Assembly (NCBI GenBank): GCA_010015805.1 | Contig: ML978135.1 | Coordinates: 186,001 to 250,000, forward strand | From: Rhizodiscina lignyota | Lineage: Eukaryota | DNA: 64,000 nucleotides | Reading direction: 5' to 3' | In this document: positions 25,402-36,480 of the stretch, one piece after another | Layout: every line of letters begins with the position of its first letter | Position numbering within the stretch: the first letter of the stretch is position 1 | Translations under genes and position numbers: made by a program | The notes under the pieces: generated by a model | What the model saw: only the letters and a program-made list of their open reading frames with translations | Told to the model about the DNA's origin: nothing | Databases searched by the model: none

Positions 25402-25913
25402 TCATCTAACGACAGGAGTCTTGGTATCCGCACTGAAATGCGAGCTATGAATGCTAATGGATGCGTTCTCCCGGTGAACGGTCCAAGTGATTGCCACATT
25501 TAGGCATAGAGGGAGCAAAACCAGAAATCTTTCCGTGATCGTGAATGCGTGAGGTTGCCACGCAGCTTCACAGAGAAGCAAGGCAAGCCCAACGAGGACA
25601 GCTCTGGAAGCTGCTTTTTCTGCTTTCGTAAAGCTCGTCTGCAGTAATCCAATATACACAAGAGCACCGGCCAAGAAGCCACTGAGTCCGGCGAAGAGGC
25701 TCTTGGTGTTGTTGCGTACTGGGGACAATGCCTGAAGATTACGACTTAGTTTTTGCTCTTTGAACTGGAGTGTATAATTTCACGTCAGAGTCAACTTACA
25801 GAATTCAGTCGAAGGAGAGGGTTGCTAGGATCGGCACATATTGATATGTATCCAAGGCTCATGACCGCAGACGAGGTCCATAATGCGACCAGATACAATC
25901 CTCCCAGTTTCAT
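25402..25913 (-). CDS. Orphan membrane protein (about 147 aa), exons 25913-25800 and 25731-25402
   Basis: MKLGGLYLVALWTSSAVMSLG.. joined by a gtaagt..cag intron (68 nt) in frame to the hydrophobic ORF 25402-25728. Confidence 0.55.
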
Positions 25914-28068
25914 CGATTCTGATTTTCAGCAAGGCCTTTCAGCAAGGCCGCTATCGAGGAACCGTGTAATGAATCCTGCTCTTTTGAATTGAAATGGCGA
26001 TACGCGCGAGTGATGAAACGAAGACAGTGTTTTGAGGTGTAGCTGTCACTAGTGTATAGTTTCGAACTCTTGGAAAAGTCAAAGATGATGAAAGACGAAA
26101 GACGCTCTCTCGAATAATATATCTCCAGCCTCACTTTTGTAGAAGCCTGGTTGTGGCTGAGGTAGATGAGAAACTTGGAAGGCAGACGACCATATGATAG
26201 CTGAGGCCTCTTGCCATTGAGGCGGAGCAAAAGCTGGTTTCCGCCCAAGGCCGAGCCCGAGATCGGCCCGAGATAACGCGTACTCACGTGACTCGGCATG
26301 CCGAATGCCAAGAACGGAGACCCCTGCGCAGAGATTGGCCAATAATTGTCTGTCAACGACTCAGCGCCGCTTTCAAGCCACAGCCTACCTACCCTGGACC
26401 CTGCAAAAACGAAGCTCCCTGAGCTCGGCCAGAGGTTGGGGAGGTTGTTGGGTTTGCGAAAACATACAATGTACAGAGCATTTAAATTTCATCTGGTTCG
26501 TCGTTTAAATTTCGGCTATCACTTTCGGTCTTTTCTCGTTCTCGAGTGTCACTGAACAGGATCTCATATTGCTCTGTAATCGTGTTGTGCTGCTTGTGTA
26601 GCTGGAGAAGGCCTCGGCGTGCCTGTTGTGTCGTAGGCGCGCGTCCCATATTCATCCTCACGGTTTCTGCATCCAATCACGCAGATCAGTTTCATTTCAT
26701 CTGTATTCCTTTGGAAGAAAAGAGTGATATTTATGGTAGCAGTCCTTGGCTAACCTTGCTCTGCCTAAATGAAACTCCCGGGACTCATGGTCAGCAGCAA
26801 TACAGCAACAGCTGGAGGGCAGCTGGAACCACAGCACAGCCGCACCGCGAGCGACTGTCTAATGCACAGAAAATATATATCAAATCATGTACTGCGCTGA
26901 AATCATTTTGCAGTCCTGACACAGTCATTCGAGACGTTCGGCAGTGGATAGCAGTGCCAATGTGTGCTGCCGCCCCTGGGAACGTCTCTGGGGGTTTCTC
27001 CTCAATTTAAAGCATTCATCAACCTCCCAAAGCATCACTAAAGCTGGAGAATCCACTGCACTTCATGGGTCTCGAGGTTATGCATCGCTATCGTATCGGT
27101 GGGAGGTGTTCAAGTCCAGAAGTGGGCTCTGGGGTGAGGAGTAGCAGGTGGGCGAGCTGTGCCTGGATCAGGCTGAGATCGTCGAAGACGGACGTGACAC
27201 TGGAATCTGGTCAGCTAAAAGAAACAGTTCAATAAGTATACATAACATCCACAGGCACATGAGAGGTGAAAAGAGGGTGAAAACGAGCTGGCTGCCTCAG
27301 GACTTGATCTTGCGATGGTGATGATCTTCGGAATCGCCAGGCGGATCGCTGGTTCATCACAATCGTCTTCTCCATCCTTGTACACTGGCTATTGCGTTGT
27401 TGATGGCATGAAGAAAGGTCTGCGATGAGAGCATACAGGCAGCAGCAAGAACACAAAACAAACGAACGTTCTGTTTGTTTGTGAAACCCGGAGAGTCAAA
27501 ACTCGGCAGCGCAGCGAGTTTTAAAGGGACGTCATGTCAAGCCACAGCCAACATCGGCCGACTCTTGGCCTCTCGCGTGCGACAAAATAAGGGGGCAAAT
27601 GTCAAGTTGCATCGCTATATCGCAGCATATTGCGGACTATCCTCATGTAGTTTCCTTCCAAATTTTGAGGTATATATATCTGTCCCTTAGAGTACCGCTG
27701 CCGCTGATTTTGAACAGGAATTACCCTCGCTGGCATCAACAGTCCGTTGTCGTTTCTCTCGACATCATCGAAGGACTCTACTTATCTTGCCCGCGCCGCC
27801 TGTCGCCTTGGCCAACTACTTTCCAGCACCCAGGTGCACGCCGCATACATGACTTTCACGCACGCGCAATCCGTTGCCCAACTTCCCCATCCTACCTTCC
27901 CTCTCTTCCACCGTCCCCCACCACCATATACCAAAAGCGCTTTTCAGAGCTGCCTGTGCTACCTCTGCAGCCCTCCCTCGCATTCTCATACGTTTACCTT
28001 GATCATCCTTCCCTAGTCATCCCTAAACCCGCAGTGCTGCTGTTAGCAGCACGCCGACGGTTTCCGCC

Positions 28069-29135
28069 ATGGTACCGTCTCGCTCACAAAGGCGCTCACA
28101 GTCCGTGAATACGCTTAATTCTCGTAAGTTGACATTATTTCTTTCTTACACAACTATCCCCTGCTGTGTACATGCTCGCCAGTCTTGTGAGAGTCGAGTC
28201 TGAGCTTGTCATGTTGGTGCGCTTCCACCTTACCCACACACCGCGGCGATGAGACATTCGCAGCTCAACTCGTCTGATTCCTGACATATGAGCAAGAACT
28301 GACGAGTTATTTGAATCTATAGCTGCTCGCCGCACCTCATCATCTACCTCACCTTCCTCTCCGACACCCACCAATCCTGTCTTCCCCGCCGCTACTCACC
28401 GCGCACCCAGCACATTCTCTCAAAATATCGCGCAAGATGGATTTGGCCGCCCAGCAGCCCATATACAAGATAACAACATATCATATCCGCATCTGCGGCA
28501 AGATACCATCAATCCGCCACCCATAGTATTTTACAATCGCGTTGCGTTTCCGATCATGGTTGCCCACGACCTGGCGAAACTGGGACTTGTTGAGCTCCAA
28601 CGCCAAAACGTCTCAATTCCAAGCTCAGTGTTGCCAATGTATGCCCCCAAGAAGCATTGTAGATAGTCCGAGTTCCTTGCTGACATTATCACTCCAGATT
28701 GGACATCATATGGTGGGCGCTCGCTGTTGTGATGGTCATCGCCAACGCCACCCGTGGTGCCGAGTAAGTTGACCGCAAGTGCCTCAGGCGACGATGCTAA
28801 TACGCAGTAGCTTTTACTCCAAATATATACTCTCCGTTCTCGCAATCGCTGGCGCGAATGCATTCAGAGAGAACGGCTTCCACATCGACAATCTCTCCTT
28901 CATCTTCGACATCGGGGTCGCCCTCGGTACCGCCACGATACCAATTTTGAGCACAACCTCCCACATCCCTCAACCACCTCTACTCCCTCCGCCGGTTCAG
29001 GCCCCTGGCGCTGCGTATTCTCCTGCACCATCACGACGACGCATCAGAGCGTCGGGACGGCGGCGGGCGAGCCAAGAGAGCGACACTACTGGCGATGGCT
29101 TCGCCCTGACAAATTTCATGGATTCGGCGCAGTAA
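28069..29135 (+). CDS. Orphan membrane protein (about 250 aa), exons 28069-28123, 28323-28638, 28698-28763, 28811-29135
   Basis: Three GT-AG introns with branch sites (actgac, gctgac, gctaat) give one open frame with hydrophobic ILDIIWWALAVVMVIA, YILSVLAIAGA, FIFDIGVALG. Confidence 0.65.
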
Positions 29136-29312
29136 CTGTTCACAATGACCACGGATACCCAATCATATTTATTCATTCGTCAACCGAGATACCCCTTCCT
29201 TCTAACAACATCCACATTACCTGGATCCACCGCCCACTGGCGTTTCGCTCTTGAAGCATTCCATTCTCAAGACCTTACAGGCCTTTCCGATCCCGGGTCT
29301 TCATTGAGTTGA

Positions 29313-29333
29313 GATGATGATGATGATGATGAT
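29313..29333. repeat. (GAT)7 microsatellite
   Basis: Direct reading. Confidence 0.9.
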
Positions 29334-30238
29334 CATTATCAGCTCCCGCTGGCAACAAACAAGATACCCTCATGGTGGAGATGATCATGAGTTTCCGATA
29401 CACGAAGTTTATGGTGAGGAGATATTCATAGCATGGCAGGCCGGCCCCTTCCTTTTCTCCAGCAGACGGCGGACCGTTAGCGGAGAGTTTTCTTTCTATT
29501 GGCTCTGCGTGCATAGCGATTGCATGATTGGAGCATTGAGAGCGAAAAGCCTCTCACTCCAGGCTTCTGCAGGTGGCATTCCCTACCAGCAGAGCCACTG
29601 TATCTACATCATGGTATGCAGAGGGCGACAGCCATCAGCTACCCAAATAAATGATAAAAAGCTTTACCAGCAAACCCTTTGAACAGATTCGTGTTCCGTA
29701 AGACTTCCTCGCTGACGGCTGAAAGCGGCCCACTGCTGGGTTGCAATTGGCTACTATATTGGAGATCAATGGCATGATTTATAACTTCCAGGCACAAAGA
29801 TCTCACATTGCTGCGAACGATAACTTTGTTCGCAGTAATCCACATCACTCCTATCTGGTATCCACTAAACCACTCTTATGAGTCCACCTGTGCTGGCCCA
29901 CTTGATCATTAAATGCCCTAATCCTATTGAGATGCCACCTGGGGACGGAAGTCGCAACTCAACATCCACCTTTGCATCGATCGAGAGCGACAAATAATTT
30001 AGTTCAATGTCTATTAATTAGTATTTATTGAGATTGCATGACGATAGTTGCTTTGCTTGGACGAGAGTGTCGTCAAGCTTTCGCTGCTCTATGGGCATTG
30101 TTGGAACCGAAGTCGCCAATGAACATCTGCACGTCCATCACTCGAGACTGCTAGGATACACCGTTTCAGTGCAGATTAGCCAAAGCCCGTGAAAATTACA
30201 TAGCTTCAATGAACAAATTCTATATTACCCCTGATCTA

Positions 30239-30860
30239 TCACGTACGAGCCTCGTTCCATGTCTCATTCCCAAGACCAGAGGCGAATTGTCGAGCAACTC
30301 CCTCCCTCGACCACTCCCTGACTCTCATCAATGCCTTACCAAGCAGATTCGATCCCCACTTCTCTTTCTTTCTCGCAATCACCATCGGTCTCGCATCCTT
30401 CTCTTTATAACCAATGCCCCAAATCCTGTCTTTCGAACTCGCCTCGCACAGCTCTCTGTCGCCCGTGTCAAGCAGGATCTGCTTCATGTTTCTATTGTTT
30501 GGGGTCGTGAACTTCGTCCAGTTCCCTTCTTCCACCGCCTTCTCTCTGATGTGTGACCATTTCTCATCGTTGAAGCTCTTGACTTGTCTCCCCAGCTTCT
30601 TCTCCCATCTTGGCTCCGTCGTTTGGAGGATGCGCTTGGGCCCTGTCCATGTTCTTGAACTAGTACGCTTTGCAATACATCATATACTGCTCTGTACAGC
30701 TGAAGCGAATTTCCTCGTCCGGGCTGTCGGTCTCAGCAAGTGGGTGGAAATAATGGAGCAATCGCCGTGAACGCTGAAAATAGATCTGTACCATTGACAG
30801 AATACACCGCAAGGCCCGTCGGACGGCATGTAGAAGAAGATTGACAATGGTTTTCTTAAA
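30239..30860 (-). pseudogene. NADAR/YbiA (DUF1768) family pseudogene
   Basis: IFFY..GVFCQWY, EQYMMYCKA, KKLGRQVKSF, GNWTKF, LLDTGDRELCEASSKDRIWGIG, WGSNLLGKALMRVR spread over different frames, with TAG at 30660-30662. Confidence 0.88.
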
Positions 30861-31411
30861 GGTGTTTGTTACCTTTCGGAGGCTCCGTGTGTAGTCAAAC
30901 TCGTCGTCTACACACATGTGAATACACTACTTTGACTCAATGATTCCTACCTTGGTACAACTCGATAGACCGTCCACCCCTGGTAGAAGAGGATCTTCCG
31001 CAATCGGTAAAGAATTTCCGTAGCTGAACACATGCTATAGAAGTGTATCCCGTGTATACTCAGACACAGCCTCTGTACATAGGCCGAACCACAACTTTGA
31101 CAGGAAAGAGAAAGAGGCGCCGTCTACGGCTGCAATTGCATCCCAGGGCTGGGAGAAGTATGCAATTGAGGAATTGCCCTTCCAGAGAGTAACTTCATGT
31201 CCTCGGCCCAGTCACTGTGATTATTGAAGACAGAATTTGAAACTCGAAAGGAGAGTTGCAGCTTGGAAAGCGAAGGATCAAGCATTTGCACGTGACCATC
31301 CCTAAACTCCGCCGGTCACGGAGTCCGTTGCGCATCCCGATCCCCCATCCGCATCAAATCCTCCTGTACAGCTTCCGCTTCGCAGCTTCATCAACATCAG
31401 CACATCTCACA

Positions 31412-32094
31412 ATGGCGGTGGCAGCGATACGCTCTCTCAATGCGCGGATACGCGCCAATCCGGTGACGGACTACTTCTGTTCGACCCGTACGTACTGGCC
31501 CTTGCTCTCTCCACACGAATCTTTTTGCGTCGGCTTCTCGTGAGGAGTCATCGGCTTTCTGAGTGTATTTGGAATGACCTTTGGGAATCGAATTCGACGA
31601 CCAGAGAAGAGGGGGGATAATGATACATACTGCAGAGCCAACGATGGTTAAGCAACATATGCTGATGGTGTCGCGTGTACAGATTTCTGGGGTCCAGCAT
31701 CAAACTTCGGTATTCCCATCGCAGCGGTGATGGACACGCAGAAAGACCCTGATATGTAAGATTGCTCCTTCCTGTTTAATGCTAAAGTTGTCCTCGCTAC
31801 ATTTCGAAATGCGACTAATCGCCCAACAGCATCTCCGGCCGCATGACGGTTGCCCTCGCTGGTTACTCCGCTGTCTTCATGCGCTACGCGCTCGCTGTCA
31901 CTCCCAAGAATTACCTCCTCTTCGGCTGTCATATTGTGAACTTCTCCGCACAGGCAACACAAGGCTACCGCTTCGTGAACTACTGGTATCGTGGTGGACG
32001 GGAAGAGGCGTTGAAGCAGAAGGCTGTTGGCGGGATAGAGCAGGCTAAGGATGCGGTTGAAGACGCAACCAAGAAGGTGCTAAGGAAGGAGTAG
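31412..32094 (+). CDS. MPC1: Mitochondrial pyruvate carrier subunit 1; 3 exons
   Basis: DYFCST|HFWGPASNFGIPIAAVMD, ISGRMTVALAGYSAVFMRYALAVTPKNYLLFGCH. Confidence 0.93.
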
Positions 32095-32367
32095 ATACAT
32101 GCTGTTAGAACGGAGCTTACCGTGAGGAGAGAGCACGGCTCCAAGAGCTTGTGTAAAGTCGCTCTGCAGTGTGGGGAGTTGGGACGGCCGATACATCTCA
32201 GGAGGAATGCCTACCGCTAACTCACGATTTTCAGGTCTGGAGCGACTTGGATACAGCAGGCGGTACTTCTGAATTACTAGACACGTAAGGTGTGCCATGC
32301 GTGGATAGATTTCATAATTGTATTTACATATTCAGTCATGCTTTTTTCATTGAACTCCGGTGGCCAT

Positions 32368-35300
32368 TTACATCAGACTCGCCCGTCCACCAATCTCCGT
32401 CCCACCCTGCCCATTCGGCAGCTCACCCGTCCTGCCCTCTACAAACTCTCTATAAATCCTAGCGAGTCTCTTCCTCTCATCGGGACTAATCGACGCCCTA
32501 GTCGTCTCCAGTGATTTCTGTATATGTCGCCACTGAATGATAGGTTCCTTCGAATCCGACTCCTTGTCCTCAACCGCATTCTCGTCATGATGCGGCACGA
32601 TCCCATACGCAGAGGACGGTCGATTCAAGTACGACGACGAAGGACGATGCTGAGCCTGAACCCGCTGCTGCTGCGCTTGCTTCTCCTTCTTTCTCAATGC
32701 TTGCATGGACGCCAACTGTGCCGCAATTTTTGCGCGCTCCGTCAGTGCAGCCGAGCTAGCATTCTCGTCTCCGTCTTCTTCCTCTTTGTCTCCATATCGG
32801 AAGTGAATGAAATCGGGGGCATTTCTTGAGCCCGGCACCGTACCATTTTCCGTGCCATTGACCTTTGGTTTCAACTCTCCGGCATCGTCATCCCCAAGGA
32901 CGTCATGAATAGCCTCCAACTGCGCATTATACACAACAGCCTGCAAATCAGCACCACTGTATCCCTCCGTCCTCCTCGCAACCTCTAGCAGTCCTGTCTC
33001 GCGCACCTCTTCGCTAAACCGCACCTTGCTGCCAACTGCCTTGAGAATATCAGCCCGCTCATCCACATCCGGCATCTCACACACCAAACTCTTATCCAAC
33101 CGGCCTGGCCTCAGCAGCGCTGGATCGATTAAATCGGGCCTGCTTGTCGCCGCAAGCACATACACACCACTCAGGCCCTCCGCGCCGTCCATCTGCGTGA
33201 GCAGCTGATTGACCACGCGGTCCGTCACGCCAGTCGAATCATGCCCACGTTTCGGCGCGATGGAGTCGAACTCGTCGAAGAACAGCACGCAGGGCCGGGC
33301 AGCCTGCGCGCGCTCGAACAGGTCGCGCACCGACTTCTCCGACGCGCCGATGTACTTATTCAGGATCTCGGGCCCCTTCACGGAGATGAAGTTGAGGCCG
33401 CACTCGCCTGCGACGGCGGACGCGAGCAGCGTCTTGCCGCAGCCCGGATAGCCGTAGAGCAGCAGGCCGCTGCGCAGGCGGAGCGGGCAGGCGGCGAAGA
33501 TGGGGGCGTAGGTCGTTGGGTATTGGAGGGTTTCGAGGAGCGCGAGACGGGTAGAGTGCAGGCCGCCGATGGAGGACCAGCGCGTTGTGCTGTGTTGGAG
33601 TGTTACATTTCGTAAGGATGCCGGTGTAAAGCCTTTGAGTGCGGCGGTGAAGTCGGCTCTAGTGAGGGATATGGAAGAAGATTCAGGCTGAGAAGGAAAT
33701 GGGCTGGAGGATGAAGTGGTGGAGGTTAATGTGCGAATGAGGGCTTCGGAGCGGGCGCGTGAGACGAGAAGAACAAGATCGCCAGGCATGTATCCGTCTG
33801 TCTGGCCGGCAATGTCGAGGAAGTCGATATGCTTGTCGACGACGAATCCATCATGACTTATCGCGCCAGTTCCAGCCGTACCAGGTCTCGAACTCGAAGT
33901 TGACACATTGCGACTGTGACTCGGCTGGAAAGTTCCATTCGTATCAGGTAGCGGCCGTGATGGAGCACTGTTCTGCTGGACAAGCATCTCCAGCACTCTC
34001 CTTCTACCGTCTTTATTTGGCGCTTTCAGACTGACGATCTCTCGCACGACGTGACCGCCAGTGATGACGTTATTAACAGCCTCTTTGCTCTGTGCTGTAG
34101 CGAGAAGGACAACACCGCTTTCGACAGTACAATATTGCCGTACAATCGAGCAGAGGCTTTCACTGATCTGACGACTTCGGCCATTCTCGTCTCCTACTTG
34201 GAGCTCCGTCTCTGCAGGGCACAAGCGGTCAAGATCGTCCAGTATTACGACTGCTTTTCCTCCAAGGCGTGCTCCCCATACGGCAGAACCGAAGACTCTA
34301 TTAAGGGTCTCTTTGATAGTAGATGCTCTCGTCTCGTTGGTTGCCAGTGAACGACATGAGAAATATACAGTATGGTAGAACTCTTCGTCCCGAAGCTGAT
34401 GTGCAAGTAGGTGAGACAGTTTCGTCTTCCCAGCCCCGAGCCCACCTGTAAGCAAGACTGAAGACGAGTGCATGAGATCCGAGCTCAGTTCTTCAATGAG
34501 AGAATCAATGCCGACCATGACAGGTGTGTCTTTTGGGAGTTGCTCCCCCGGAGACCAGCCTTTGAGAAAAGTTGATGGCGGAGCCACTTCGGGTTGCACC
34601 TCTATTGCAGGTCTCCATTCTGAGCCTATAATCCAATTTGGAGGAGTTTTGCTGTTCTCCTGGCCCGGTTGCACAGACGACGGCTCAAATCTAATGATGC
34701 CACCGTACCAGCCGTCTTTATCATCGTCTGAGGCAGGTAGAAGCATACCATCCGTAAGTGGGCCATCTAAAAGACCATTGCCGTCCGAATCCTTGCAGAA
34801 TAACGATCGAAGTCGCTGGACAGATTCTTCCTTTTCTTGTTTGGACTCGCCTCCGAATTTCAACCCAGCACTCTGCGCTCCAGATGGTGATGGAAATGGA
34901 AATACTTTTATGAATCTCTTTTTTAGGTCCTTGGAACTTTGCGATCCGCTCGTACATGTCGTTTTAGAGAGTTGAGGAGGAGCAGCTTCGAGCCGAACTA
35001 AGCCTCCAACCATGTCAGGAGATGCAAGCGTCCGGCATAACATGCTACTGAGCGCAACATGATTAGTATCGGGTCCCTCTTCCCACGCCTTTAATTTCGC
35101 GACCAGTTTAGAAGCTGGCTTTTCCGCGTCCTGCTCTTTCGACGGATCTGTAGGTTCTATCAAGCCTGCTGGCTTCACGACAGCCACAGATATCCAAGTC
35201 GCTCCCTTCAGAGCGCGGGTTAGAAGTAGCTCTTTGTCAACCCATACTGTTAGGCCTTCATTCTCGGAACCCTCTTCATCGTCGAAATAGTCGTTGCAGA

Positions 35301-36210
35301 ATGCCCGGTCGACGCCACGCAGGAACATCACGCCTTTGCTTGCACCGTCGTTACCCCTGCTTCGATTCCTGACAGTGCTAGCACCACTTTTGCCTCCAGC
35401 ACTCCTTCTTCCGGTGCTAGCAACGCTGCGACTTGCCCTTCCAGATCCCTTCTCTGATCGCTCTCTTGTCTTTGGCGCAACTATAACTTCAGCATCCGGG
35501 GATATCTTTACAAACGGAGTTGAGGATGGCGGCGCTGGAGTAAGAGAAGTGACAACGATGTTGGCGGTTGACGTCGGTGATAGATGTAAGGTTAGAGGAT
35601 GTGGTGTCTGCTTCGGTCCATCTGCTGTGGGAGTATATCCGGGATTCGGCAACGCCCTCACTTGGGATAGAAAGTTGAGCTCTAGGAATTTTGCGTGTAG
35701 CTCAATCATCTCCCAGTCAGCGGGCGTCAATGGTTCGATGTTGACGGTATGAGCCTGCGGGGGATCCATATGTAGCAGCAGTCCGACTTTCTGGCCATTG
35801 TTCAAACCCAGCAACCGCGCGAACGTTGCATCAATCTCAAGCTGTGCTATATCCTGATCTCTTCCACCAGTGATACCGTCACGACCTACTACTGGCGCTA
35901 TCTTCGTCTTGCTTTGCATGCCAGTCCATCCTACGAATATGGACTTTAAGACGGAGGTCGGCTTATCGGTGTCGCTCGAAGGAGGAACAGGTTGGCGCCA
36001 TTGGAGCTCGACGGCAACATTCTGTGCGACCTACAATAGATAATAGTGAGCAAACCAGTATCGTGAATTTCTGGACCGACATACAGTATTCGCATTGATC
36101 AAGAGAGCTACAAGAGATGCTGGCAGATTGACCAGGCAGTTCTTGAGCGAAAGTAGGGATACTTCCGCTTGCACTGTCTGTCCACCCGACTTTCTAGGAG
36201 CTGGAGCCAT
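32368..36210 (-). CDS. PEX1: Peroxin 1 AAA-ATPase; 2 exons
   Basis: N-terminal LKNCLVNLP, IEPLTPADWEMIELHA, D1 GGLGAGKT, D2 LRLRSGLLLYGYPGCGKT..KGPEILNKYIGASE..KRGHDSTGVTDRVVNQ. Confidence 0.96.
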
Positions 36211-36363
36211 ATTTGCTCCGCAACAGGCCGTAAAAAGGACGACTACGTGCTATAAAGCCATCGCAATGTTGAGCTTCCTTCACGGACCTCGGCTCAAGGG
36301 TCTAGGTCGGCTATGCCGCTTTCGGTTTAATTGAATCGGTGACGGAGTTTCCCTTCACCGAAG

Positions 36364-36398
36364 ACGCGCGCGACGCGTTCCTTGCAGACGCGACGCGA
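36364..36398. promoter_or_regulatory. Cluster of MCB-like ACGCG elements upstream of MCM7
   Basis: ACGCGCGCGACGCGT (ACGCGT 36373-36378) and ACGCGACGCGA about 100 nt before the MCM7 ATG; MCB boxes mark G1/S replication genes in fungi. Confidence 0.7.
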
Positions 36399-36480
36399 CT
36401 GGACTTCCAGCCACCAAGTTATCTTCATCACCATATCACGACCACTATTCCACCACTACACTCAAATCCACTGAAGCGCA

